IMG/VR virus record: IMGVR_UViG_3300010401_000038
Span: 489-64,488 of that record
Length of the DNA: 64,000 nucleotides
Origin: a virus
Taxonomy: Duplodnaviria; Caudoviricetes
Strand: one strand, 5' to 3'
Shown here: in pieces, positions 1 through 8,539 of the stretch
Numbering within the stretch: the first letter of the stretch is position 1
How the letters are laid out: the number at the start of each line of letters is the position of its first letter
Translations under genes and position numbers: made by a program
Notes under the pieces: model-generated
Seen by the model: only the letters and a program-made list of their open reading frames with translations
Database searches by the model: none
Told to the model about the DNA's origin: nothing

Positions 1-47
1 GCCCTGCGTGTCCTCCGCGAAAGCAGGAACCCGCGTCGGAGGGCGAG

Positions 48-269
48 TTGGAGAGGCTCATCGAGCTGATCACGCTCGGGCGTCAGGCTCCGTCCAGCGA
101 GTGCAGGGCGTTACGTGACGCTATCAACAAGCAAATCGCTGCCGAGAGGACCGACGCCGCCCGACAGGAGCGCCGGAGGACGCTGGAGGAGGTGAAGCAG
201 CGGTGGGGCTATGTCGATTCGATCGGACGCTGGCTCAACGAGAGAATCCGGGAGGCGGGCGGAGAATGA
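48..269 (+). CDS. hypothetical protein
   Basis: GGAGG upstream of TTG; ATGA overlap with next ORF. Confidence 0.55.
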   Translation: MERLIELITLGRQAPSSECRALRDAINKQIAAERTDAARQERRRTLEEVKQRWGYVDSIGRWLNERIREAGGE

Positions 270-409
270 GCGCCAAGCGACGTACACCCAAGAAAGCAAG
301 GCGACGCAGCGTTGCCGCCGTGGTTCGTGAGGAACTGCTGTTGGATCGCCTGCGTCGGGAGTGCGCGCGAACGGAACGCGAGAATGAAGAACTCAGGAGG
401 CGGCGATGA
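266..409 (+). CDS. small basic hypothetical protein (MSAKRRTPKK...)
   Basis: GGAG RBS; ATGA overlaps at both ends. Confidence 0.55.
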   Translation: MSAKRRTPKKARRRSVAAVVREELLLDRLRRECARTERENEELRRRR

Positions 410-843
410 GTGAGCAGACGTTGGACAAGACACTGGCGGCGCTCAAGGAGCGGCTCGCCTGCCACGACATCGGCGAGGCCCGCGCGATTCTCTCCCGCGC
501 CCTGGCCGAGGCCGTCAGGGAGGCGGATCAGGCACGCCAAGACGCTGTGGAGGCATGGCATCGAATTACGCTCTGCGCCCAACATAACCGACTCGCTCAG
601 ACCAACACGCGCTGCATTGTGTGCGAGCGCGACGAGGCGAGGGACGAGAGGGATGTGCTTCGCGGCAGCGCCTATACGGCCGCTGAAGTGCGTGACCGGC
701 TGGTTCGCTCGCTGGAGCAGCGCGCCGAGAAGGCCGAGGCCGAGTGTGTCTACTTGCAGGAGCGCCTTGAGAGGCACCACGTCGTCGGCGAAGATAAGGA
801 CTGCCTCTGCTATCAGCCATCCAAGGAGCCGAGCCGTGATTGA
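406..843 (+). CDS. coiled-coil hypothetical protein with Cys/His motif (C-x2-H...C-x2-C)
   Basis: AGGAGG RBS; coupled to neighbours. Confidence 0.65.
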   Translation: MSEQTLDKTLAALKERLACHDIGEARAILSRALAEAVREADQARQDAVEAWHRITLCAQHNRLAQTNTRCIVCERDEARDERDVLRGSAYTAAEVRDRLVRSLEQRAEKAEAECVYLQERLERHHVVGEDKDCLCYQPSKEPSRD

Positions 844-1024
844 CCGGGAGGAGGCCGATCTGATTCGTCTGGCGCGCGACCGCGAGTGGTCGAACCGCCT
901 ACAATCACAAGACACCATGCACCCGGATTCACCAGATCTCGACGTGGCAATTGCGTGGTACGTAAGCGTCAAGCGTGCGGAGGCCCGCTGCTTCCAACAG
1001 TCGCCCGCGAAGGAGAGGAGATGA
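836..1024 (+). CDS. hypothetical protein (MIDREEADL...)
   Basis: AAGGAG then GTG at 836; ATGA overlap with next ORF. Confidence 0.55.
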   Translation: MIDREEADLIRLARDREWSNRLQSQDTMHPDSPDLDVAIAWYVSVKRAEARCFQQSPAKERR

Positions 1025-1230
1025 GCGAACTCACTGACCGCGCGAAACTTGATCTGATCGAGGAGGCCGCGTTCGATCCGAGTCTGAGCGACTTCAGCGT
1101 GCGCGTGGTGGTGCAGAACATGACGCGCCCGTTGCCGCTGACCAAGAAAGACATGGAGTGGGCGCAAACCATCGTCGCCGGCATCGACAAGTCGCCCGCG
1201 AAGGCGGGAGGGGAGGGGAACAATGGCTAG
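1021..1230 (+). CDS. hypothetical protein
   Basis: GAGGAG RBS; protein-like composition. Confidence 0.6.
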   Translation: MSELTDRAKLDLIEEAAFDPSLSDFSVRVVVQNMTRPLPLTKKDMEWAQTIVAGIDKSPAKAGGEGNNG

Positions 1231-1459
1231 CGCAGGAGTCATCTATCGCGAGGTTCGATTCAGGTTCGATGACGACCTAACGCAGGTTTATGTGCTGTGC
1301 GAGGCGACTGGCGATGCACCGATCGGCGTCCAGGGCTGGCATCACCGCGCATTTCCGCCGACGATGAACATGGAGCAGATCATCGACAAGACTTTCAAAT
1401 GGTCCGGCGACAGCAACGATCATCCGCTCGCTTGGGGTCAGGAAGCGCCTCGTCCATGA
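1223..1459 (+). CDS. hypothetical protein
   Basis: GGAGGG RBS; coupled. Confidence 0.6.
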   Translation: MASAGVIYREVRFRFDDDLTQVYVLCEATGDAPIGVQGWHHRAFPPTMNMEQIIDKTFKWSGDSNDHPLAWGQEAPRP

Positions 1460-1671
1460 CCCCCTGGCGCAGGCTCGTGTGCTTCGTGGGGCATCGGTGG
1501 TCATGGCATATTCCGACAAGCCGCTTCGAGGTGCGCACCAACAAGGCTCGCGGAGTGACGAGGATTTACTCTCCCCTCGGGAACGCTCCATTCGCACAGG
1601 ACGATCCGTGGGAGCTTGAGCTCGCCTTCTTCCAATGCTGGAAGTGCGGCAACAAGTGGCCCGCCCGATGA
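1456..1671 (+). CDS. small zinc-binding phage protein (C-x3-H-x-W ... C-x2-C)
   Basis: VCFVGHRW and CWKCG motifs; ATGA coupling. Confidence 0.55.
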   Translation: MTPWRRLVCFVGHRWSWHIPTSRFEVRTNKARGVTRIYSPLGNAPFAQDDPWELELAFFQCWKCGNKWPAR

Positions 1672-1868
1672 CCCGCCTCCGTCTCGCTCCAAATGGGTAT
1701 TGGGTCGAGTGTTATGCCTGCGGTGGCACAGGAGAAGGCGATCACGACTGCGGAGAGGACTCCTGTTGTTGTCTTGATCCGGAGCCGGAATCCTGTATGC
1801 AATGCGATGGCGACGGTGGCTGGTATCAAAAGGACGAGCCAGTGACCGACCAGGGTGACGAGCCATGA
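1668..1868 (+). CDS. DnaJ-type CxxCxGxG zinc-finger protein
   Basis: CYACGGTG and CMQCDGDG repeats. Confidence 0.6.
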   Translation: MTRLRLAPNGYWVECYACGGTGEGDHDCGEDSCCCLDPEPESCMQCDGDGGWYQKDEPVTDQGDEP

Positions 1869-2448
1869 TCCGTCTCGCTCTCTGCGCCGTGGGGATGGTG
1901 GAGTGAGCAGCACGAACCGCGGCTCGAAGCGCGCCAAGGGCGATGCCTACATGACGCGGCCCCAGGACATTGAGGCGCTGCTCCGGCACGTCAAGCCTTG
2001 GGGGCGCGTCCTCGAGCCCTGCGCGGGGACCGGGAATATCGTCGATGCCCTCCAGCGTGTCGCCTGCGAATACGCGATCGAGTGGATCGACACCTACGAG
2101 CTCGCCAAGGGCCGCGACTTCCTCCTCGTCGGAGAAGGCCACTCGCGCTACGACTGGATCGTCACGAACCCGCCGTTCTCCCTCGCCGTCCCGTTCATCG
2201 ACAAGGCGCTCAAACTGGCCGATCATGTCGCCATGCTCCTGCCGACCGGCTTCTACGCCAGCAAGGAGCGGTTCGAGTGGTGGCAGGACAAGCTGCCGAC
2301 CGCGCAGTACACGCTTCATCAGCGCCCCTGGTTCCTCGACTGGGACGGAAACCGCGTGCTCGGCAAGGACGGCAAGCCGGGGACCGACTCGGCGACCTAT
2401 GCCTGGCTGGTGTGGTCTAGGCTGTATTCGGGGATTCACGTGATATGA
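1855..2448 (+). CDS. DNA amino-methyltransferase (N6-adenine type); start may be GTG 1903
   Basis: Motif I VLEPCAGTG and motif IV VTNPPF. Confidence 0.85.
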   Translation: MTSHDPSRSLRRGDGGVSSTNRGSKRAKGDAYMTRPQDIEALLRHVKPWGRVLEPCAGTGNIVDALQRVACEYAIEWIDTYELAKGRDFLLVGEGHSRYDWIVTNPPFSLAVPFIDKALKLADHVAMLLPTGFYASKERFEWWQDKLPTAQYTLHQRPWFLDWDGNRVLGKDGKPGTDSATYAWLVWSRLYSGIHVI

Positions 2449-2789
2449 AGAAGAAGTACGTGCTGCACCCCGGACCTCTGTACAGCCGCACGGACGACGA
2501 TGAGCACTTCGTCGGCGCGGCGGATCTCGCCAGGCTGTACCGTGTCCGCATGAGCGAGTGCTATGTCTACAAGGGGGACACGACCCCGCATCTTCTCGAC
2601 CTTCCTGGGGTAACCCACCTCTATCCGGACCATTTCGGCAAGTACTCACCCGCCGGCGACGCCGGCAAGGAGGCACCGTGCAAAAGATCCTCACTGCCTG
2701 GGCTTGGACATCCACCGCCGCCACCCTGCTCGCTCTTACGCTCGCGCTCGCCGCGCCGAAGACGTCAGCCCCGCCACTCCCGGACATGA
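2445..2789 (+). CDS. hypothetical phage protein (KYVLHPG...LARLYRV)
   Basis: ATGA coupling; C-terminal tail overlaps next gene. Confidence 0.55.
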   Translation: MKKKYVLHPGPLYSRTDDDEHFVGAADLARLYRVRMSECYVYKGDTTPHLLDLPGVTHLYPDHFGKYSPAGDAGKEAPCKRSSLPGLGHPPPPPCSLLRSRSPRRRRQPRHSRT

Positions 2790-3169
2790 GCGGAGACCGG
2801 ACCTGCGTCTCCCTCTACGAGTTCGGGCCGGACGGGACCCTGGTTTTCGTCGGGGCCAGTGAGAGCCCGTCGTTCAAGGGACGCACCGAGGATCTCCCGA
2901 GCCTGATCGATGTCCACCTGCGGCACTCGTTCCAGTTCATCGGGCGCACCCACGGCAAGAGCGAGCGGTGGCTCGCGCAGCGGGACGCCGCGCCGATCAC
3001 CCTGACCGACGGCCTCAACTACAGCCCCGAGTACGTCAGGACGGTCGGAGGGGGCGAGGGCGGAGCGGTGTGCTGGTGCGCGACGCCGACCCGCGGCGCG
3101 GACGATAAGACGATCATCGGTTGCGACTTCCCGTGCGGGTCATGCGAGAAGTGCGTCGTCACGGGATGA
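2678..3169 (+). CDS. putative exported Cys-containing protein
   Basis: AGGAGG then GTG 2678; hydrophobic N-terminus (TLLALTLALAA); Cys cluster at C-terminus. Confidence 0.6.
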   Translation: MQKILTAWAWTSTAATLLALTLALAAPKTSAPPLPDMSGDRTCVSLYEFGPDGTLVFVGASESPSFKGRTEDLPSLIDVHLRHSFQFIGRTHGKSERWLAQRDAAPITLTDGLNYSPEYVRTVGGGEGGAVCWCATPTRGADDKTIIGCDFPCGSCEKCVVTG

Positions 3170-3627
3170 TCGTCCTCGCTGTCGATCCGGGGACGCGCTG
3201 CGGCTTCGCCATCGGAGGCGTTGGCGGAATATCGGGGACATGGGACCTCGCGCCGAAGCGTGGCGACTCGCCGGGGATGCGCTACATCTACCTGCGCACG
3301 AAACTCGAGTGGGTCCTGAACGCCTATTCCAACCTCGAGCTCGTGGCGTACGAGATGGCACACCACCGTGGCGGGGCCGCGACGGAGTACGCGATCGGTG
3401 TCGTGACCCACCTGCAGAGCTGGTGCGCCGAGCGCAATATCGAGCACGTCGCCGTTCACGCCGCCCAGGTCAAGCGGCACGCGACGGGACGCGGCAATGC
3501 GAAGAAGCCGGAGATGCTCGCGGCGGCCGAGAAGCGGTTCGGGTTCCGTCCGCAGTTCGATGACGAGGCGGACGCGCTGTGGATCCTGGACTACGCGATG
3601 AACGCGATCGCCAAGAGCGGCCAGTGA
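3166..3627 (+). CDS. ruvC: RuvC-like Holliday junction resolvase
   Basis: VLAVDPG, VAYE, VKRHATGRGNAKK, DDEADAL motifs. Confidence 0.9.
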   Translation: MIVLAVDPGTRCGFAIGGVGGISGTWDLAPKRGDSPGMRYIYLRTKLEWVLNAYSNLELVAYEMAHHRGGAATEYAIGVVTHLQSWCAERNIEHVAVHAAQVKRHATGRGNAKKPEMLAAAEKRFGFRPQFDDEADALWILDYAMNAIAKSGQ

Positions 3628-3788
3628 GGCGCCCGGTCATCGGCGCGGCAGTGTGGGGTTTCGTAGGAGCCGCCTTTGTGTTGAAATTCGGGGGCCGCGC
3701 GGACGCGCGCGCCGCGATCGCCGGCGGTGTCGGCTGCGCGGCGATCTACCTGATCGTCACCGTCATGCGGAGGATCGCCCGTGTCTGA
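3624..3788 (+). CDS. small two-TM membrane protein
   Basis: Two hydrophobic segments; GTGA coupling. Confidence 0.5.
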   Translation: MRRPVIGAAVWGFVGAAFVLKFGGRADARAAIAGGVGCAAIYLIVTVMRRIARV

Positions 3789-4026
3789 CCTCACGAACGC
3801 CCCGATCGCGCCCATCGGAATCCGCTGCCCTGGCTGTCCGGCCACCTTCGAGATCAGCATCCCGCGCAACCTTGCGGAGAGCACGGGGGGCATCAGCCCG
3901 GCTCACCCGATGTTCGCCGGCCTGCGCCAGCACCTCGCCACGACCGGTCACGCTGGGAGCCTCAACGGCGTCGTCAGCATCGACCAGCTCATCGAGGCGT
4001 TTCTGGCGACAGCGGCCGGGCAGTGA
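3781..4026 (+). CDS. zinc-binding hypothetical protein (CPGC...H..H)
   Basis: GGAGG RBS; coupled. Confidence 0.55.
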   Translation: MSDLTNAPIAPIGIRCPGCPATFEISIPRNLAESTGGISPAHPMFAGLRQHLATTGHAGSLNGVVSIDQLIEAFLATAAGQ

Positions 4027-4237
4027 CCTGGCTGTATCGAGGCGTCAGCCAAGCTCTCGCGCGACGCGGGCTCTACCTGTGCCACGGTTGCCCGACCGTA
4101 TTCACCGACGTTGTCGCAGCCACCTCGCAAGCGAGACCCTACAGGCCCGGTCGTGCCGCGCTGTGCCCCGCTGCGTCCACCGGATGCGGGTCGCGAAGTC
4201 CATCGCGCGCCACTGGCGGAAGGTCGCCCGCGCATAA
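4023..4237 (+). pseudogene. small zinc-binding protein apparently frameshifted near 4120
   Basis: MTWLY...CHGCPTVFTDVVA continues plausibly in another frame as HLASETLQARSCRAVPRC...KVARA* ending at the terminator. Confidence 0.35.
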
Positions 4238-4269
4238 AAAGGCCGGGGGTCAGAACTGCACCCCCGGCC
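4236..4269 (-). terminator. intrinsic terminator of the leftward cassette
   Basis: Minus strand GGCCGGGGG-loop-CCCCCGGCC followed by TTTTT, at the convergence of two transcription units. Confidence 0.8.
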
Positions 4270-4296
4270 GCGGGAACGAGCCCGGCTTGATCCGTA

Positions 4297-4503
4297 CTAC
4301 CGCAACGCCGGCCCCGCCACGTCGAGGCGCCCGCGCGCCCCATCGCCCCGTGGGTGATACGTTCGTGCCTGCCAGGTAGGAGCGCCCCATGACAGCGGGG
4401 GCGCCTTTGGGCTGTTAGGCGAGGAGGTTGGTGCGGTGTGGGGCGTGATCGTGGCGCCTGGGCCGGTTGCGCGCGGCCAGGAGCCCGATTTCGTCAGGGT
4501 CAC
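4297..4503 (-). CDS. hypothetical protein
   Basis: GTGA overlap with upstream ORF; composition weakly protein-like. Confidence 0.3.
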   Translation of the reverse strand: MTLTKSGSWPRATGPGATITPHTAPTSSPNSPKAPPLSWGAPTWQARTYHPRGDGARGRLDVAGPALR

Positions 4504-4574
4504 CGGACCCTCATGTAGACGAGCAGCAGCAGAGCCAGGAGGACGGCGCGCAGGACTGGCCAGGTCCGCCTCAC
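4500..4574 (-). CDS. 24-aa single-TM peptide
   Basis: GTGA coupling both ends; VLRAVLLALLLLVY. Confidence 0.4.
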   Translation of the reverse strand: MRRTWPVLRAVLLALLLLVYMRVR

Positions 4575-4927
4575 CACAGCCGGCCCCACGCCCCGATCAG
4601 CAGGATCAGGTCGGCAAGGCTCAGGGCTACGAGCCCGGCCAGGACGCCGGCCGCGAAGCACATGCCCGGGTTGTCCCTGGCGAACGCGACCCACCAGCGT
4701 TCCCGCTTCGCCGGGGGCGGGTTGGCGCGCAGGAAGCGGCCGTTCGAGAGCGCCTCGATCGGCATGTTCCAGAGCTGGATCGCCCTGTCGGTCCGTGCAT
4801 CCCACGGCCCGCGCGCGCCGCACGGGCACATGACCGACGCGCCGACGGTGGGGTGGAAGTGGTAGATCACGATGGGGATGTCGCCGCACCAGCCGCAGGG
4901 GCGCGGGTCCTTCTCAGATTTCAGCAC
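4571..4927 (-). CDS. Lar (restriction alleviation)-like zinc ribbon with C-terminal TM helix
   Basis: PCGWCG...CPCGARGP...AIQLWN pattern; AAGGAG RBS. Confidence 0.6.
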   Translation of the reverse strand: MLKSEKDPRPCGWCGDIPIVIYHFHPTVGASVMCPCGARGPWDARTDRAIQLWNMPIEALSNGRFLRANPPPAKRERWWVAFARDNPGMCFAAGVLAGLVALSLADLILLIGAWGRLW

Positions 4928-5235
4928 GTTACTCCTTTCCTCCGCGCCTCGTGGCGCAGCATGTGTCGATGCGCGGCTTCCGCGCCTATCAGGTTGTCGA
5001 CCTTCTCCTGGGCCTCGCGCTTCGTCTTGAACAGCGGGAACCCCGCCGAGAGGGCCTTGCTCACCGTCCAGCCCCGCCCGATGCGCTCCACGAACTGCGC
5101 CCCGAACGCATGGCGGTGAACCAGGGCGTTCCACTCTGATTCGCTCAGGCGCCCGAGGCTCGTCTCGTAGGCGGTGTTACAGGTGGCGCACGGCAGCTCG
5201 TCCTCCTCGTACATTGGCATAGGGCGCTCCGTCAC
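4921..5235 (-). CDS. hypothetical protein
   Basis: GTGA coupling; CATC motif. Confidence 0.55.
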   Translation of the reverse strand: MTERPMPMYEEDELPCATCNTAYETSLGRLSESEWNALVHRHAFGAQFVERIGRGWTVSKALSAGFPLFKTKREAQEKVDNLIGAEAAHRHMLRHEARRKGVTC

Positions 5236-5588
5236 GCCAGCCGTTTCAGGTTGCTCAAGAGAATCCGAACGCGCCCGATCGTGCTGTGCTGACAGTATTC
5301 GCCGTCGCATCCCTCCTCCTCACGGTGGCTGGCCACTTGGTAGACCTCGCCCCACTCGTCGAAGTCGTTGAGCAGCTCGCTCAAGAGAGCTAGCATCGTG
5401 GGCGCCGCGGCGGCGAAATGCGTGAAGTAGTCACAGTCGGTTGGATTGAAGTAGCCGCCCCCGCCGTTCTCTTTCGGCTTGAGGCACCGCTGAATCGTCA
5501 CGAACGGCACACCCTCCACCGCGATCAGCCGTCCGTCCTCGACCTTGTATCGGCCGCTCGGGATGCTGCGCCGGTATTCCTTCGGCAT
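5232..5588 (-). CDS. hypothetical protein (AAAP-L helix motif)
   Basis: GGAGGT RBS; protein-like. Confidence 0.65.
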   Translation of the reverse strand: MPKEYRRSIPSGRYKVEDGRLIAVEGVPFVTIQRCLKPKENGGGGYFNPTDCDYFTHFAAAAPTMLALLSELLNDFDEWGEVYQVASHREEEGCDGEYCQHSTIGRVRILLSNLKRLA

Positions 5589-5659
5589 GGCCTACCTCCA
5601 TCGTGCGGTAGCGCACGGCGGGCGGTCGCGTCCTCCACGGCGCGGCCGTCCTCTCTGCG

Positions 5660-5731
5660 TTACCTGCCGTGGAAGTGCTGGAAGAACTGCCAGGCCGTGC
5701 CACAGAAGTGCGCGAGCTGGTACCAGATCAT
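5660..5731 (-). CDS. 23-aa aromatic-rich peptide MIWYQLAHFCGTAWQFFQHFHGR
   Basis: GGAGGT RBS 9 nt upstream; high GC3 codons; below ORF-track size cutoff. Confidence 0.5.
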   Translation of the reverse strand: MIWYQLAHFCGTAWQFFQHFHGR

Positions 5732-5748
5732 CGGGCCATCACCTCCCT

Positions 5749-5967
5749 TCAAATAGAATCGTCCGCGAGCGGACAGTCACGGAAGTGGCCGGCGGTCGAG
5801 CCACATTCGGAGCACACCCCGTCGTACCCCGTCCCGCAGTCGCCCTGCTCGCCGCAGGACGAGCACGGCGCCGCGTCGGTGCAGACGTGCGGGCACGACT
5901 TGTCGTTGCAGCACATCCCCACGCCATCGCTCGAGGGTTCGGCCTCGCGGCCCCAGGTCAGGCTCAC
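5749..5967 (-). CDS. small Cys-rich metal-binding protein
   Basis: GTGA coupling; about 10 Cys in 72 aa. Confidence 0.55.
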   Translation of the reverse strand: MSLTWGREAEPSSDGVGMCCNDKSCPHVCTDAAPCSSCGEQGDCGTGYDGVCSECGSTAGHFRDCPLADDSI

Positions 5968-6284
5968 GACTGCACCGGCCAGATGAGGTCCATCGCCTCG
6001 TTGAGGTCCTCTGGCTCGATGTCGTCCCACCAATCCGCGAACCACGCGACCCCGTCGTCGTGCGGGCCGAAACCGCTCACCCACCCGCCGCTATAGGGGG
6101 CCGGCGATTCGCTTCGTGGGTGCAGCCCCATAGGACAGCGTGGTTCCCCGTCCGGGAATCCGCGCCACCGGAAGCTACTGCAAAAGTCGCCGACCCTCTC
6201 CCTGGTCGGCAGCGTTTGGGGGCGCGCGACGGTGGCGCGGATCTCTCGTACGACATCGCGTGCGGCGTCGGGTAGCGGATTCAT
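5964..6284 (-). CDS. hypothetical protein (CPMG...WFADWWD)
   Basis: GAGGAGG RBS. Confidence 0.65.
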   Translation of the reverse strand: MNPLPDAARDVVREIRATVARPQTLPTRERVGDFCSSFRWRGFPDGEPRCPMGLHPRSESPAPYSGGWVSGFGPHDDGVAWFADWWDDIEPEDLNEAMDLIWPVQS

Positions 6285-6512
6285 CTATTCCTCCTCTGGC
6301 CCGAACAGGCGGGCCCTTTCGGTTGGGTGGTCGGTGAGGGTCTGGCGCAGGGCCGCACACAGGATGCCGTAGGCGCGGCGCACGGCCTTGCGGTTCCCCT
6401 TGCCGGGGAACGCGGAGGCCAAGCGGTCAGGGAAATGAACGACCTGCCCTGCGGCGATGGAAAGCCCCTGGGCCTGCTCGACGGTGAGCGTGACGCGGAC
6501 GCGGGGTCTCAT
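6285..6512 (-). CDS. hypothetical protein, paralogue of 7311-7544
   Basis: TAATG coupling; shared LT.EQA..L motif. Confidence 0.6.
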   Translation of the reverse strand: MRPRVRVTLTVEQAQGLSIAAGQVVHFPDRLASAFPGKGNRKAVRRAYGILCAALRQTLTDHPTERARLFGPEEE

Positions 6513-6982
6513 TACACGCCGCCCATGTTCATGTGGCGCACCACGAACGCGCGCGCCGCCTCGTACGCGGCACGCTGGTCGAAGGCGTCGAGCACGCTCA
6601 ACAGCGCCTCCGGCATCGTGACGGTGAAGAAGTCGCTGCCCTGGTGGCCCAGGACGCTCCCGAGTTCATGCGCCGCCTCTTGGATCGCCTCGTCGCGCGC
6701 CTCCTCCAGCGCGTACAGCCTCCGCGTCCCTTCCACGCGCCCGATCCTGTTGCCCGTGGGCGCCTGATACTCTTTGGCGGCGACGCAGGCGCCACCCAGG
6801 ATCGCGTCGAGGTTCTTGACCAGCACGGAAAAGTTCTCGTCTTTGACCCGGACGCCGTAGCGATCGTTCGGTCGCGGCTCGACCTCGAAGGCGCGCGACT
6901 CCGCGATGAGCACCGCGGCCACGCTCCGTAGCGCACTCACTCCCTTCACATGCAGCGTCTTCCATCCTGCTCGGGCGTGCAT
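6512..6982 (-). CDS. hypothetical protein
   Basis: AAGGAGG RBS before ATG 6982. Confidence 0.65.
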   Translation of the reverse strand: MHARAGWKTLHVKGVSALRSVAAVLIAESRAFEVEPRPNDRYGVRVKDENFSVLVKNLDAILGGACVAAKEYQAPTGNRIGRVEGTRRLYALEEARDEAIQEAAHELGSVLGHQGSDFFTVTMPEALLSVLDAFDQRAAYEAARAFVVRHMNMGGV

Positions 6983-6984
6983 CG

Positions 6985-7314
6985 TCAGTCCTCCTTGCGT
7001 GGAAGTGGTGGGGTCACGGGTTCGGGTTTCACGAACAGCGGCGCCTCCTCGTGGGTGGCCGGGGCGACGCTGCGGAACTTCCGTTCGTACGCCTGTCGGT
7101 CCAACTCGCGGCGACGTGCGGCGAGGGCGCGTGCGGTCGCCCCCTCCTGCGCCTCGATCAGGCGGTCGCTCGTCGGTGGGGTACGGAAGCTCGATGACCC
7201 GCGCAGCGTCCGCCAGCACCCGCGACACAGCGGGCCCGCGTGTGCGTCCATCACCTCGCAGCCCGTCTTGATGCGGCGACCACACTGAGCGCAGCGCCAC
7301 ATGCTGCCGCTCAC
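6985..7314 (-). CDS. zinc-finger hypothetical protein (CAQC...CRGC)
   Basis: Paired CxxC; GTGA coupling. Confidence 0.6.
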   Translation of the reverse strand: MSGSMWRCAQCGRRIKTGCEVMDAHAGPLCRGCWRTLRGSSSFRTPPTSDRLIEAQEGATARALAARRRELDRQAYERKFRSVAPATHEEAPLFVKPEPVTPPLPRKED

Positions 7315-7544
7315 GGCTTCGCCCGCTTCTTCTCGTCGCGTGCGGCGAGGCGATCGATCTTCTCGTTGAAGTGCCGATCGATAGCGTCGGACATGGCGAA
7401 GTAGCCGCGCGTGGCGGCTGTTCTCGTTCCGCGATCAAACACCGCGAGCAGCGAGTCGCGACACTGAACGACTTCCCGGAGGACGCGATAGAGGGCGCGC
7501 GCCTGCTCCTCGGTCAGGAAGATGACGACATCGCGCCGCCTCAC
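7311..7544 (-). CDS. hypothetical protein, paralogue of 6285-6512
   Basis: GTG 7544; motif similarity to 6285-6512. Confidence 0.55.
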   Translation of the reverse strand: MRRRDVVIFLTEEQARALYRVLREVVQCRDSLLAVFDRGTRTAATRGYFAMSDAIDRHFNEKIDRLAARDEKKRAKP

Positions 7545-7590
7545 CGCTTGCCACCGTGATCGCTCACCCGATGGGGCTGCCCTGGATCGG

Positions 7591-7890
7591 TCAGGATCGA
7601 CAGCGCCGGGAGGCCAGCGCAGTCGCGAGCGCGAGAGCGGCGCGGGCCTTCTCACATGCTCCGTCAAGTCCACCATCCTCGAAATACACCCCGCGCTTAA
7701 TGGCGTCGAGCAACCCCGCCAGCGCCTCCCGCATGGCCGGCGCGGCGAGAATCAGCCGCACCGCGTCGGCCCCAGCGGTCGGCTGATCGCCACGATAGGA
7801 GACCGTAATCACCCGACTGTCACCGATGGTGATGTCAACGGCGATTGCCCCAGCGCCGCGCCGTGTGCAGATTTCTTCCCACGCCTTCAT
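7591..7890 (-). CDS. hypothetical phage protein (RLILAAPAM.EAL...ARAALA)
   Basis: GGAGG RBS; motif common in small phage proteins. Confidence 0.6.
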   Translation of the reverse strand: MKAWEEICTRRGAGAIAVDITIGDSRVITVSYRGDQPTAGADAVRLILAAPAMREALAGLLDAIKRGVYFEDGGLDGACEKARAALALATALASRRCRS

Positions 7891-8195
7891 CGCGCCCCTC
7901 CGTACCCCTTCGATGGGTCGAGCCAGCCCGCCCCGTTCTTGATGTGCTCCGCGTAGCGCGTCCCATCCTGGGCGTTGCGCGGGCCGATCGTTCCCTCCTC
8001 GTGGTCCTCGGTGACGTGGTCGAGCCCGCACACCTCGCACGGCCCATACACCGGGTCGGCGTCCGGCACGGGGTCGCAGTCGTGGTCATGCTTCTCGAAG
8101 TGCAGGAGCGCCTCCATCCTCGTGAGGCTCTGAGCGTCGGCGCACGGCGTCACCTGCGCGCCGCTCGTCCGTCCTGTGCACCTGTACGTCTGCAT
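7887..8195 (-). CDS. Cys/His-rich hypothetical protein
   Basis: AAGGAG upstream; ATGA coupling. Confidence 0.6.
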   Translation of the reverse strand: MQTYRCTGRTSGAQVTPCADAQSLTRMEALLHFEKHDHDCDPVPDADPVYGPCEVCGLDHVTEDHEEGTIGPRNAQDGTRYAEHIKNGAGWLDPSKGYGGAR

Positions 8196-8269
8196 CTCTC
8201 GGTCTCCTTGTGTCGGGCGCTGGCTTGACGGTCGCGGCTCCTCCTGCACCGCGGCCGTCCGTGTCAGCG

Positions 8270-8539
8270 TCAGACCTCCTCGACATCCCCTACGATGCAC
8301 CGCCGCCCCACGTCCACCGGCTCCATCTTCCCGCGCCCACCCACCTCCACGAACGCCCGCGCACCCACCACCGACCGCGCCGACACAGTGATGTAGAACT
8401 CGCGCGTCTCCTTCACCAGCATCCGATACTTCCTCACCGGCCGCGCCGCCACCTTCTGCTTGATGCTCGCAGGTAACCGCCCACCGTTCGCCAACACGAA
8501 CGCCACGCCCAGGTCCGGCGGCTTCCGGTCGGCGCTCAC
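8270..8539 (-). CDS. hypothetical protein
   Basis: GTGA coupling with upstream gene. Confidence 0.55.
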   Translation of the reverse strand: MSADRKPPDLGVAFVLANGGRLPASIKQKVAARPVRKYRMLVKETREFYITVSARSVVGARAFVEVGGRGKMEPVDVGRRCIVGDVEEV

